From Promethearchaeota archaeon (GTDB taxonomy: Archaea > Asgardarchaeota > Lokiarchaeia > Sigyniarchaeales > SOKP01): 64,000 nucleotides of DNA. The position numbers were made by a program, and so were the translations under genes. The first letter of the stretch is position 1. The number at the start of each line of letters is the position of its first letter. Below, piece by piece: positions 49,423-59,655 of the stretch. A model generated the notes under the pieces. The model was given only the letters and a program-made list of their open reading frames with translations, did not search any database and was not told where the DNA came from. The stretch is taken from contig JAHLWS010000068.1 of assembly GCA_019057795.1 (NCBI GenBank), positions 1-64,000 of the forward strand. The letters run 5' to 3'.

Positions 49423-49715
49423 TAAATTAAACTCAATTTTGAAATAATTAGTTTTAAAGCTCTTATGATATTTTGGAACGAAAATAAGAATCTAATTTAT
49501 TTGTCTTATTTTTTGTCTTATATCTCTTTTTCCCACTAGATCCAACCGAACATTTCGAAACATACGATCAAAGCGAGGTAATTAACGAACTTGGCGACTT
49601 TAGATGATATTCCGAAAATTTTTAACATTATACCAATACCACGAAATAGCAAATCCCTATTTTCAAATGGGCGAAATTCTATATAAATTAAAAAAAAGTA
49701 AAGAAATTGATTTAA

Positions 49716-50675
49716 TTAAAAATTCGAGTAAATCATAAATTTGTTTGCAGAACCTAAACTGTAAATTTCGAATTTGCTACCGCGCTTTGTCTCGCAAAAC
49801 ATTTGGATCATCGGAAAAAGATATATTTGCGTGGTGATTTGTGCTTCCTTATCTTTTGAGTGACTTTTGTAGTCGCTTCCTGCTGAATTAATCGTTTTTT
49901 TAATGTTTTTATTCCAATAACCTAAAGAGGCTTCCGCTTTCGACTCTAGATCTTTAAAATCGTTAAATCTTATACCCTCAACTTCTTCTATAATTTGGTG
50001 AAGATCTCGCTCAATTTCTTTTTCGTATTTTGTTTGTGCGCTGCTATGGAGTACTGGAATTCCAGTAACGACAGTTTTAAAAGGGACGGGTAGAATTTGA
50101 TATTTAAACAAGCTTTTATGACCTTCACAATCATTACATTTTACTTTACTCGTACCTGTGCCAAAACAGACCCCACATGGATAAGAAAACGGTTTATTCT
50201 CCTTTTTCTGTTCTTCACCAGTTAACACAGTCAATTTTTCTTCGATTTTTCCTGTTCCTTTACATGTTTTACATTTTTCTTCTATAAAACCTTTACCGCT
50301 ACATTTTTTACAAGAAACTGCTTGAATTGTTTCGTATGTAGGTACTTTTTCATCGCCTTTCCAATTTTCTTTATTAAGCTTACCTGCACCCTTAAAAGAG
50401 TAAAATGTTTCTCTCACAACTCTTGGGGCAAGAACAATTTTTTCTTCCGTACCTTTGGGTACCGCACCAATAGTTTTTTTAATCGCAAAATAAATTGCGG
50501 CTTCCTTTTGGGTATCTTTTACGTATTCCGCTGCACTTACAGCGTCTAACGAAAAAACAGCACCTTTGGTGCCAAATTGTTTTTCCATCTTTTTCTTATC
50601 TTTTCTTATGGCACGTTGCTTCCACTTTTCAAAAATTTCGTCTAAATTAGGAGTCTTTATTCTTACATCTGGCAT
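49716..50675 (-). CDS. DnaJ-type CxxCxGxG zinc-finger protein (SSUH2-like, no J domain)
   Basis: CKKCSGKG, CKTCKGTG, CGVCFGTG, CNDCEG. Confidence 0.75.
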   Translation of the reverse strand: MPDVRIKTPNLDEIFEKWKQRAIRKDKKKMEKQFGTKGAVFSLDAVSAAEYVKDTQKEAAIYFAIKKTIGAVPKGTEEKIVLAPRVVRETFYSFKGAGKLNKENWKGDEKVPTYETIQAVSCKKCSGKGFIEEKCKTCKGTGKIEEKLTVLTGEEQKKENKPFSYPCGVCFGTGTSKVKCNDCEGHKSLFKYQILPVPFKTVVTGIPVLHSSAQTKYEKEIERDLHQIIEEVEGIRFNDFKDLESKAEASLGYWNKNIKKTINSAGSDYKSHSKDKEAQITTQIYLFPMIQMFCETKRGSKFEIYSLGSANKFMIYSNF

Positions 50676-50795
50676 AATAATATCACATTAATTTTTTAAT
50701 ACTTGAATATATTTATTTAATAACTTTAGAATTAAATAAATATAAAATAGAATAATTTATAATTTTATTAAAACTAAATTAAAAAAAAAAAGAAA

Positions 50796-50957
50796 ATGTC
50801 AACAGAAGAGCGTCAAAGTGTAGAATACTTCTTACAATGGATTAAACAAGGAGGATTGAAGGATTGGATTCAGCACTTCATTGACCAAGGAGATGAGGTA
50901 AAGTTAAGGCAAGTAAAAGATATTTACGATAAAATCAAAACTGTTTTTGGATTTTAG
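50796..50957 (+). CDS. 53-aa small protein (not in the ORF track)
   Basis: MSTEERQSVEYFLQWIKQGG...KTVFGF*; a GC-richer patch in AT-rich DNA, just after a TATA-like repeat. Confidence 0.6.
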   Translation: MSTEERQSVEYFLQWIKQGGLKDWIQHFIDQGDEVKLRQVKDIYDKIKTVFGF

Positions 50958-51095
50958 TTTCTAATTTTTGTTATTTTAGTTTAATAAAAGTTCTTAAAAA
51001 TTGAACGGTTTTTCTTTTGGCTACTCCTTCTAAAGATTAAGAGATTTTTCAAGCGAAAAAAAAAAAGAAAATATTAATTGTTATAGGTTTAAGAA

Positions 51096-51500
51096 TTAAT
51101 TCGAGATTTTGCTATTTTCAAGCGAAAAAAAAGGTTTAGTAGAAAATACTCTTTTAAACTTTGAATTTTCTTTTAAAAAAATTGGAATATCTTTTATAGG
51201 ATTATTTCGTAAATCAAAAGTACTCAATTTTAAAGTCTTGAATATGTCTGGAATTGACTTTAAATTATTATTCTTTAAATATAACGATCTAAGATTCTTA
51301 AGATTTCCAAATGACACGGGTAAACTTTCTACCTGATTATAGGATAAATAAATTGATTCCAATGAAGTTAAACTCCCCATATTAGACGGAAGGTTTTTAA
51401 TATTATTGTTTATTAAATACAACCTTTTTAAATTTTAATATTATTGTTTATTAAATACAACCTTTTTAAATCACTAAGTTTTCCAGTAATTGGACTAGCG
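51096..51500 (-). pseudogene. Leucine-rich repeat gene remnant disrupted by a 38-bp tandem duplication
   Basis: LxxLxLxxNxLxxLP repeats; duplicated units at 51395-51432 and 51433-51470. Confidence 0.75.
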
Positions 51501-51870
51501 AAAAGTTGGCATATATAAAAATACTTAGAATTAAACCGACTTGAAACGCATTCAAACCTAAAGATAACCCTAAAAATGGGATTATGGGCATCACACTGCT
51601 AAATCCTAAAACTTCCGTAAATTGGATCATGAAAATGATTAATAGGCGTTTATCGAACTTTTTATCTTGATCTGCTTGTAGCGAACTAATTAGTCTTCAC
51701 ATCACTAAAAATTGATATCAAAAATTAGCTTTTATAGGAGAGAGATGTAAATAAATTAAGTTTTATGTCTATATAAAATTAAAATTATGACTTTTTTTTT
51801 GGCGTAAGTCTTAAAAAAAATAATATTTAAATAACATAACAATGAAAACATTATATGTAATACGACAAAT

Positions 51871-52533
51871 GTGTTAAAAATAATGGAGTTGATTTATGAC
51901 TTGGACGAATTAAAAAAATCAATTTTAGAAGGAGATCCAGAATTAGCTGAAGAGTTAGCTAAAAGCATTCTGGAATCCGGAGTTAGTAGTTTGAAGGCTA
52001 TCAAAGATGCAGTAATTCCAGGCATCCTTGAAGCAGGAGAGCTTTGGAAACAAGGTGTGTACTTTGTTCCAGACATAGTATTAAGCGCTGAGGCTTTTAA
52101 AAGCGCAATGGCAGTCCTTGAAAAAGAACAAACTGGTGCTAACAGAAAAAAAGTAGGAAAGTTTCTCATTTGTTCGGTTGAAGGAGACATTCACGACCTT
52201 GGTAAGAATATTGTAAGTTCAATGCTCAAGGCATCAGGGTTCGAGATTCATGATATAGGCGTAGATGTCCCCATTTCAAAGTTCATTGAGAAGGTAAAGG
52301 AGGTCCGACCTGATATCGTTGGGTTAGGTGCCTACATGAGTACGACTGCTGCAACTATTAAAGATTACATACAAGCTCTTGAGAGTGAAGGTTTGAGAAG
52401 CGGTCTAAAAGTGATGGTTGGAGGGGTCAGGATAAGCGAGCAGTACGTGAAAGAACTTGGCGCTGATGAATGGGGAAGAGATGGGGTTCATGCAGCGGAA
52501 AACGCTTTGAAACTCATGGGGGGTGAGAGCTGA
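51871..52533 (+). CDS. Corrinoid (B12-binding) protein of a methyltransferase system
   Basis: EGDIHDLGKNIV, GLGAYMS, KVMVGG. Confidence 0.95.
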   Translation: MLKIMELIYDLDELKKSILEGDPELAEELAKSILESGVSSLKAIKDAVIPGILEAGELWKQGVYFVPDIVLSAEAFKSAMAVLEKEQTGANRKKVGKFLICSVEGDIHDLGKNIVSSMLKASGFEIHDIGVDVPISKFIEKVKEVRPDIVGLGAYMSTTAATIKDYIQALESEGLRSGLKVMVGGVRISEQYVKELGADEWGRDGVHAAENALKLMGGES

Positions 52534-52535
52534 GT

Positions 52536-53816
52536 ATGTCACCTACTATAGGAGAAGCATTGAAGGGAATATTATATACGAAGGGGTTGAAATTCATCAA
52601 GCTCACTCCTGGAAGTAGGGCTGTAGCTTCTATGTTTGGAAAACCAGACTATTTCCCATCACTCGCTGCCCAGATGCATGTTCATTCGATGTCCGTAGCT
52701 AAGGCCGATCCAGAGAGGTTCATCTACACGGATGGCCGATATTGCACTGGTGTACAGATATCCGTGCAGAAGTGGTACGGTTTCGAACAACCCGCGTTAT
52801 TTCCCCCCGGAAATTATAATTACGAAGTTGAAGCATTAGGGGGGAAGGTCAAAAAAAGTGGAAATCATATGCCCTCCCTAGATCAATCGGATCCATTGAT
52901 TAAAAATCCAGAGGATATCGAAAAGGTCAAAGTTCCGATTGAAAGAGATTCAGGGAGCATTCCCTATGTTATAGATTCCTATAAAGCAATTGAAGAGTTT
53001 ACAGGATCTAAAGGTCCTGGTTATGTCACAGCGCCTTTCAGTTTTATTTGTGGCATCCATTCATATGTCAGAGTGATTCGAAATATTAAGAAGAATCCAG
53101 AGTTCATTCATAGACTTTTAACATGGAGTGTTGATGAAGTATTACTACCCTTTATGGAGCTTCTCAAAAAGGAAACAGGGTTTAAAACCTACACCGCTCC
53201 TGATGCATGGGCGGCAGTACCGAATACTAATAAGATGATACTTGAGGAATTTATCTTTCCATGTTATGAATACTTTGCTGAACAAGCTAAGAAGAAAAAA
53301 CTAAGAGTAGTTGCCGCAGGCGCTGGAGATTATTGCGAAGAAAATCCAGATCGATTCGATCCCGAGTTCATGAAATGGTGCTGGTACCAAATGGGAAAGT
53401 CATATCTAGGTAGACCAGCTTTATTCATGGGAATGGGTCAAACTCAACTTTGGCCCATTGATGTAATGAAGGAATACATCGAAGAAAATACTACAAAAAA
53501 GTGGAGACCACCGATAATTGCTGGTTGTAGTGCTAGTTTCATAAGGGATGCTTCACCTCAAGATATTATCGATTACGTCAAAAAAATCATTGACAATCTT
53601 GGCAGAGAGGGAAGCATGAGCTTTATGCTCATCCAGGTACCAGTTGATACACCGCCATTGAACGTACACACTTTTAATAAGGCTGTCAAGGTTTATGGGA
53701 AATATCCAATAGCTGAAAATTTGGACGATATTGAGTACACTCCCCCTGAATACAAAACATATGAAGAGTGGTACAAAACTGCCGTTTCTGAAGGAAGAGC
53801 ACCAGATTATGAATAG
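52536..53816 (+). CDS. UroD/MtaA-family methyltransferase
   Basis: YEVEALGG, APFS, K.PEFIHRLL, EEFIFP, VPVDTPP.N. Confidence 0.85.
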   Translation: MSPTIGEALKGILYTKGLKFIKLTPGSRAVASMFGKPDYFPSLAAQMHVHSMSVAKADPERFIYTDGRYCTGVQISVQKWYGFEQPALFPPGNYNYEVEALGGKVKKSGNHMPSLDQSDPLIKNPEDIEKVKVPIERDSGSIPYVIDSYKAIEEFTGSKGPGYVTAPFSFICGIHSYVRVIRNIKKNPEFIHRLLTWSVDEVLLPFMELLKKETGFKTYTAPDAWAAVPNTNKMILEEFIFPCYEYFAEQAKKKKLRVVAAGAGDYCEENPDRFDPEFMKWCWYQMGKSYLGRPALFMGMGQTQLWPIDVMKEYIEENTTKKWRPPIIAGCSASFIRDASPQDIIDYVKKIIDNLGREGSMSFMLIQVPVDTPPLNVHTFNKAVKVYGKYPIAENLDDIEYTPPEYKTYEEWYKTAVSEGRAPDYE

Positions 53817-53870
53817 TAAATTAATTTATTTTTTTTATTTTTTTTTCTAATGTAATTATTCTAAAAGAGC

Positions 53871-54788
53871 TTGAGATTAATGTTCAAATACGATAAAGAG
53901 CAGGAGATCTATAATATAGCCGGGGTGAAATTAGGAGGTCAGCCAGGCCAATTACCAACTGTATTGTTTGGAAGTATATTCTATGACGGACATGATATCG
54001 TCAAAGATGCAAAGAAAGGTGAGTTTGACAAAGAAAAAGCACAGCAACTTATCAAAACTGCGGAAGAGCTGTCAGATCAGACGGGTAACCCAATAATTTT
54101 TGATGTATGTTGTTCGTGGCCCGGTGCTTTTGAGAAGTTTATTGATTTTGTGGCTCACAATAGCGATAGTCCATTTGCGATAGATGGGACTACTGCTGAG
54201 GTAAAGATGATTGGGGCTAGATATGCTAAGGATACTGGATTATCTTCAAGGGTTGTTTACAATTCGATAATGCCACATGCAAAGGAGGATGAAATAGTGG
54301 CAATCAAGGAGTCAGGAATCGAATCTGCGATTTTACTTACTCTAAACACGACAAAACCTACACTTACGGGTAGACTTGAGGTCATGGATGATGTGCTTAG
54401 TATTGCACAACAGGCAGGAATCACCAAACCAATTGTGGATACAACTGTTATCGATAAACCGGATATAGGTCCCATTAGTAAAGCCATCCACATGGTCAAG
54501 GACAAATACGGAATCCCTACAGGAGCGGGTGTACACAATGCAGTTGCCAGGTGGGCTGAAATGAGTGATTTATCCCCTAAAAAGCAGGATCTTGCAAGCG
54601 CAGTTGCCAACTCATTTCCAATAGCTTATGGAGCAGATTTTTTGCTATATGGACCAATCGATCAATCAAAAGAGGCTTTTTTCACAAGTTCCTTGGCTGA
54701 TGCATATGTTGCGTTTAATGCAAGACAGGAGTTCAGAATGCGCCCGTTAACAAGTGAACATCCATTGATGAAGATTTTCAGAACTTGA
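53871..54788 (+). CDS. mtrH: MtrH/MtgA-like corrinoid:pterin methyltransferase
   Basis: MFKYDKEQ..GGQPGQLPTVLFGSIFY, YNSI, GAGVHN, GADFLLYGPI. Confidence 0.9.
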   Translation: MRLMFKYDKEQEIYNIAGVKLGGQPGQLPTVLFGSIFYDGHDIVKDAKKGEFDKEKAQQLIKTAEELSDQTGNPIIFDVCCSWPGAFEKFIDFVAHNSDSPFAIDGTTAEVKMIGARYAKDTGLSSRVVYNSIMPHAKEDEIVAIKESGIESAILLTLNTTKPTLTGRLEVMDDVLSIAQQAGITKPIVDTTVIDKPDIGPISKAIHMVKDKYGIPTGAGVHNAVARWAEMSDLSPKKQDLASAVANSFPIAYGADFLLYGPIDQSKEAFFTSSLADAYVAFNARQEFRMRPLTSEHPLMKIFRT

Positions 54789-54814
54789 GATTGAATTTTA
54801 TTAAATTTACTTTA

Positions 54815-55192
54815 CTACTCTCTCTTGACATTTCCTTTAAACGATGAAAATTGATTAAATATCTTTGCATCCCCTTCAATCTTGGCAAAAATATTGACCG
54901 GTGATGCTGCTCGTGGTTTTTCATCTTTACTCACGGGAGTTGGTCCAAAAAAAATGCAGAATCCTTTCCCATCGGGCCAATATCCAATATCACCTACTTC
55001 ACAATCAACCTGTGAATTCTCCTTTTCAATTGAGACTGGGATTTCTCCATAGAGTTCTTCACCCCATCTAGACAAATTCAATTCAAAAGGCAGTTTATCC
55101 CATATTGCCTTACAAGTTTCAGGATTTTTATTAGTCAGTAATTTAGCTTTAATTTGACCAATTTTCTCGTTTTCAATAATTATGTAATCCAT
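54815..55192 (-). CDS. Cyclophilin-like fold protein (DUF369/TM1367-like)
   Basis: P.T..IW..LP, WGEELY, GDIGYWP.G..FCIFFGPTP. Confidence 0.9.
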   Translation of the reverse strand: MDYIIIENEKIGQIKAKLLTNKNPETCKAIWDKLPFELNLSRWGEELYGEIPVSIEKENSQVDCEVGDIGYWPDGKGFCIFFGPTPVSKDEKPRAASPVNIFAKIEGDAKIFNQFSSFKGNVKRE

Positions 55193-55322
55193 AAAATAAT
55201 CACTAAAATAAAGAATATTACATTAGATAATTACCTTTCATATTTAAACAGAGTTTTAATAAACAATAAGATTATTAAACATAATAAAAAGAAGATATTA
55301 AGGGAATTTAAGTTGAAATTTT

Positions 55323-56120
55323 ATGATCTTAGAGAGCACCGTTAAACTTGTTCTAGATATCTACAAATATCATAAAATCATACCACCAAGAGTCAGCAAA
55401 GTAGTTATTGGGTTGGGATATACGGGCGTTGAATTAGAAGCATTAGCTTACGGTCCCTTTTTAGGGTTAGCGGCGACTCTACCCGCTATGATACAATCAA
55501 CCGATTGGCAAGAAGATAATCCTTTTACTGAAGAACAAAATCGAGAAAATTATAGTCTAACTTGGCTTTTTAGTTCGGGAGACCAAAACAGATTAAATAC
55601 TGATTTTCAAAGTTACGTTAAAAATAAAGAAGATGGCATAAAACGGAGGCTGAGATTAAGCAACGTTGAAGACGCACCAGAAGACGTTCTAGACGCGCTC
55701 GATAGATATAGAAAAGAAGTTTACAACAAAATCTTAGCAGATTTAAGGGGCAAACAAGCTGCGCCTTCAATGGCTATTACGGGGAGCTCAAATTACAAAG
55801 GTAACTTCGACAAAAGAGAAAGCATCGAAAGAAACGCGTACGAGAAATACAAAAAAGTAGATAACGCGGTAGATAGGGTCGTAGGGCAATACGCAAACTT
55901 AAAAAAAATCAGAACCGCTGAGGAGAGAAGGCAAGAATACCGAGAAATGATCACGCCTAAATTAATAGAAGCTAAGGCAAAAGGAAAGAAAGCGTTTTCT
56001 TACCTTGATAATAGATGGTACGACATAATTAGAGTGAACAAGAAATCCATAACGGTTCGTTCGGATTTTATGGGAGATTTTACGATATACAAGCACTTCA
56101 TCAAATCAATTGAGAAATAA
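55323..56120 (+). CDS. Chimeric ORF: DUF364/DUF4213-like N-terminus fused to an MGE-like domain
   Basis: VVIGLGYTGVEL..GLAATL, then an abrupt switch near 55505 to PSMAITGSSNY..WYDIIRVNKKSITV. Confidence 0.55.
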   Translation: MILESTVKLVLDIYKYHKIIPPRVSKVVIGLGYTGVELEALAYGPFLGLAATLPAMIQSTDWQEDNPFTEEQNRENYSLTWLFSSGDQNRLNTDFQSYVKNKEDGIKRRLRLSNVEDAPEDVLDALDRYRKEVYNKILADLRGKQAAPSMAITGSSNYKGNFDKRESIERNAYEKYKKVDNAVDRVVGQYANLKKIRTAEERRQEYREMITPKLIEAKAKGKKAFSYLDNRWYDIIRVNKKSITVRSDFMGDFTIYKHFIKSIEK

Positions 56121-56410
56121 CGAGGTTAAGAAATTGGCTAAAAAACTCCGATACCTTTTTCCCCAAGATCCTGACCAGCAAAACCCTTTACAACAAGCTA
56201 TTTGAAGAAATCTGATTCTAATTTTCAAGAATAGTGTTTGGAATCGAATTTAAATTTTTAACTTGACATTTTGTTAAAATAATCATTATCTTTGATTTTA
56301 TTTGACTTTAGCAGCAATTTTGCTATAATTTAATAAAAATATAAAAATATAAAATAGAATAATTTATAATTTTATTAATTTATAATTTTTTTTATTTTTG
56401 AGTTTTTCTT

Positions 56411-59074
56411 TTGACTACCACTTCTAAGGATTATTTCATTGTCTTTGATAGAAATTTTCAAAAAAAACTATATTTCAATGTAAACTTCTTTTATCTGAAA
56501 TCGTATAAGAAAAAAAGACAAATCTTTTCTTACATCAATAAGCCATTCTTTAGAGGTTTAGTACTTTTTGGGTTAGACTTTAAAGATAAAGTACGCCCCG
56601 TAAATTTTTCCAAGATTCAAGAAAACGACCATTTAGAGCAAATAAATCCGCGGCTCCTTAAAAAATTTTTAATTGACGAAAAAAATAAATTTATTGGTTT
56701 TTCAAGCCAAACTGATCCAGAAGAATTCAAACTAATAAAACAAATGCTTGAAAATTTTCAGTTCGACGAAAATAATATTGTCTACCTAACATTTTGCAAA
56801 TCTTGTTTAGAGGATAAAAAATTCACTATTTTAAGCGAAAAAACCAAGATAAAATCGTTATTAAATCAATATATTTGCTCTGATTGCGCGTTGGATATTG
56901 TTCTAAAACAAGCACAAGTTGCGGGCCTTATTTCTTCTCATAAAATCAATCTTAAACTTAAGAATTTTTTTAATCATTTAATTTTAAAATTTAGGGATAC
57001 TAATAGAGTACTAAAAGCTTTTAAAGTGGATTTTAACCCCGTTAAAAACAAGGACTTGACATTGTATGATGTCGACAGAAATCCTCCAATTAGCAAAAAA
57101 TACCTCAACTATTCGATTGATAACCTTAAAATTCACAAAGATTTTAAAGCTTTGTTAAAAACGCTTAATATTTTGACTTTACTACCGATACAAGTAATTT
57201 CAATTGAAAGAGGTTTGATAGAAGAGCATAATAATCAATTGGTTATGGCACCCACATCTGCAGGTAAAACTTTAGTTGGCGAATTAGCAGGGATTACAAG
57301 AGTGTTGAGTGAAAAGCGTAAAATGCTTTATTTAGTACCGATAGTAGCACTAGCTAATGTTAGAACAGAAGAATTTAAGAGTAAATATAAAAAACTTAAC
57401 TTAAAAATTATTAAGAAAGTCGGAGAATCTATCCTTGAAAAAAAAGGACCGGACGATTTAGGCACACTGAGAACCGCTGATGTGATTATCGGTACATACG
57501 AAGCTATTGATTACATTTTAAGAAGTGGTAATAAAGAAAAACTAGGAACAATAGGATCAATAATTATCGATGAGATTCAGACTTTAAGCGATCAAAACCG
57601 AGGGTTCATTTTGGATGGTTTTATAGCGAGATTAAAGTCTATCTTTAAAGATGTGCAATTTTTATATTTAAGCGCAACAATAGGTGCGCCAGAAGCTTTA
57701 GCGAAGAAGTTGGGTTGCATTTTGATTAATTACAATAATAGACCTGTTCCTATTGAACGCCATTTAATATTATGTCTCAATGAATCAATAAAGCTCAGAA
57801 ATATTACAAAATTAGTGCGAGCTGCATACTCAGAAACCTCTACATATGGGTTTAGAGGTCAATCTATAATATTCACAAATTCAAGAAAAAAGTGCGAATC
57901 ACTAGCTAATTACCTACAAAATAAAGGATTAAAAGTGATGTCATATCACTCTGGGCTAACACATGAAGAGCGTAAAGTAATTGAATTTAAATTTCAAAAG
58001 CAACATATTTCAGCAGTTGTCGCAACAGCAGCTTTAGCGGCTGGAGTAGATTTTCCGGCAAAACAAGTGATTTTTGAATCGCTAGTTATGGGGATCAGCT
58101 TATTAACTGTTGCCGAATTTGAGCAAATGTTAGGAAGGGCTGGAAGGCTAAAAAAACATGATGTTGGATTGGCATATCTACTTGTAGAACCGGGAAAAAT
58201 ATGTTCTCATGAAACTAAAATAACCGAAGAAAATATTGCTATTAACTTATTAAATGGAAAAATAAAAGACTTTGAATTACAGCTTGACGAGGATAAATTT
58301 TTAACGGAGCTATTAGCGTTCATCTCAACATATAATGAAGGAGTCGAGAAAGAGAAAATATATAAATTCTATAACTTTTTAATTAATTCTGATTACGAAT
58401 TAGAAGAGTTTTTAAAAAAATTATTAAAACTTAAACTTATTCAAATACAAAATAATTCTCTATATAAACCCACTTTATTAGGTCAAGCCGTTGCTAAATC
58501 TTTTTTAACCGTTGAAAAAAGCCTGGAAATTATTAATAGCTTAAAAAAGAAAGAGAAAAAGATTATTGATATTGTTCTTGAATTAAAAGCATTGAGAAAC
58601 GTTTATTTAACAAAAAAAGTTGTAGCAGATTTATCGAAAAACTATCAAAGATCAAAATATTTTTCTAATAATTTCTTCAGCGCAGCAGTCTTATCGTTGA
58701 TGGATGCTAATTATGTGAAGAAAAGAAAAACATTTTCCCGCGAATTTATAGAATATATTGTTAAATGGACAAGAGAAATTTTCAACTGCGATTGTAAGGA
58801 TAGCCCTTATTGTGAATGTGGAAGGTTGAACTTAGAGAGAATCATCTTGAATTTAAGAATTGAGGACAACTTCTCAATTGAAGAGCTTAGTAATTACTTA
58901 GAAGAAGAATACAACATTTTAGTATTTAAAGGGGATCTTATTAACTATCTGGAAAGTTTAATATATTCGTTTGAAAGCATATTTAATATTTCAAAAGGGC
59001 TGCCCAAGCTGGATTCTGATTATAAGAAGGAACTTTTAGAGATTCCCGAAATAATAGAAAGAATTAAGAATTGA
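56411..59074 (+). CDS. Archaeal SF2 helicase (COG1202 / DUF5814-type)
   Basis: APTSAGKTLVGELAG, DEIQ, LSAT, YHSGL, AAGVDFPA, QMLGRAGR, CDCKDSPYCECG. Confidence 0.93.
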   Translation: MTTTSKDYFIVFDRNFQKKLYFNVNFFYLKSYKKKRQIFSYINKPFFRGLVLFGLDFKDKVRPVNFSKIQENDHLEQINPRLLKKFLIDEKNKFIGFSSQTDPEEFKLIKQMLENFQFDENNIVYLTFCKSCLEDKKFTILSEKTKIKSLLNQYICSDCALDIVLKQAQVAGLISSHKINLKLKNFFNHLILKFRDTNRVLKAFKVDFNPVKNKDLTLYDVDRNPPISKKYLNYSIDNLKIHKDFKALLKTLNILTLLPIQVISIERGLIEEHNNQLVMAPTSAGKTLVGELAGITRVLSEKRKMLYLVPIVALANVRTEEFKSKYKKLNLKIIKKVGESILEKKGPDDLGTLRTADVIIGTYEAIDYILRSGNKEKLGTIGSIIIDEIQTLSDQNRGFILDGFIARLKSIFKDVQFLYLSATIGAPEALAKKLGCILINYNNRPVPIERHLILCLNESIKLRNITKLVRAAYSETSTYGFRGQSIIFTNSRKKCESLANYLQNKGLKVMSYHSGLTHEERKVIEFKFQKQHISAVVATAALAAGVDFPAKQVIFESLVMGISLLTVAEFEQMLGRAGRLKKHDVGLAYLLVEPGKICSHETKITEENIAINLLNGKIKDFELQLDEDKFLTELLAFISTYNEGVEKEKIYKFYNFLINSDYELEEFLKKLLKLKLIQIQNNSLYKPTLLGQAVAKSFLTVEKSLEIINSLKKKEKKIIDIVLELKALRNVYLTKKVVADLSKNYQRSKYFSNNFFSAAVLSLMDANYVKKRKTFSREFIEYIVKWTREIFNCDCKDSPYCECGRLNLERIILNLRIEDNFSIEELSNYLEEEYNILVFKGDLINYLESLIYSFESIFNISKGLPKLDSDYKKELLEIPEIIERIKN

Positions 59075-59118
59075 AGAAATTTCACTCCTAATACTTTTGT
59101 GCCATCGAAGATTGGAAT

Positions 59119-59655
59119 TCAAACTTGCTTTCCAATGAGTTCACTTCCACAAAATTCACAAATTTTTTGGTTTTCTTCAGTAATTTCCTTTTTACAAAAT
59201 GAACAATATTTATCATAAGGTAAATTCTTAGGAATTTTTGTCTGAATTAAGGGATACTCAAGTTTTTCTTGGGATGGCATTATTATAAATTTCCATGTAA
59301 AAGATAAATTCGAAATTTTACTACCAAAAGAGATTTTATGTTTTCCTGATATAATATTTGAACGATTTGGGAAAATTAAAACGAAATTATCTATTGGAGT
59401 TATATTTTCATTAAAAATTTTAGAGAGATCTTGATTATTATAAAAAACACCGTTTAACCTTATATGAAAACTATTAGGGAAGAGATCTATGTCAAAAATT
59501 ATAGTTCCATCTATTTTAATTGTTAAACCTTTTAATTCTTCCAAGAAATTCCGTTTTAATGTTTCAACTTTTATAGAAAATTCTAAGTAATCGCCATTTA
59601 TTTCTACTTTCATAAATCTTTTTAACAAAAATGAAGGTACGCGCAGTAAACACAC
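59119..59655 (-). CDS. Hypothetical protein with C-terminal zinc ribbon
   Basis: YCSFC..ICEFCG. Confidence 0.7.
   Translation of the reverse strand: MCLLRVPSFLLKRFMKVEINGDYLEFSIKVETLKRNFLEELKGLTIKIDGTIIFDIDLFPNSFHIRLNGVFYNNQDLSKIFNENITPIDNFVLIFPNRSNIISGKHKISFGSKISNLSFTWKFIIMPSQEKLEYPLIQTKIPKNLPYDKYCSFCKKEITEENQKICEFCGSELIGKQV

Larger units (their letters stand above)
50738..56378. mobile_element. Putative 5.6-kb genomic island bounded by perfect 34-bp direct repeats
   Basis: AAATATAAAATAGAATAATTTATAATTTTATTAA at 50738-50771 and 56345-56378. Confidence 0.6.
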
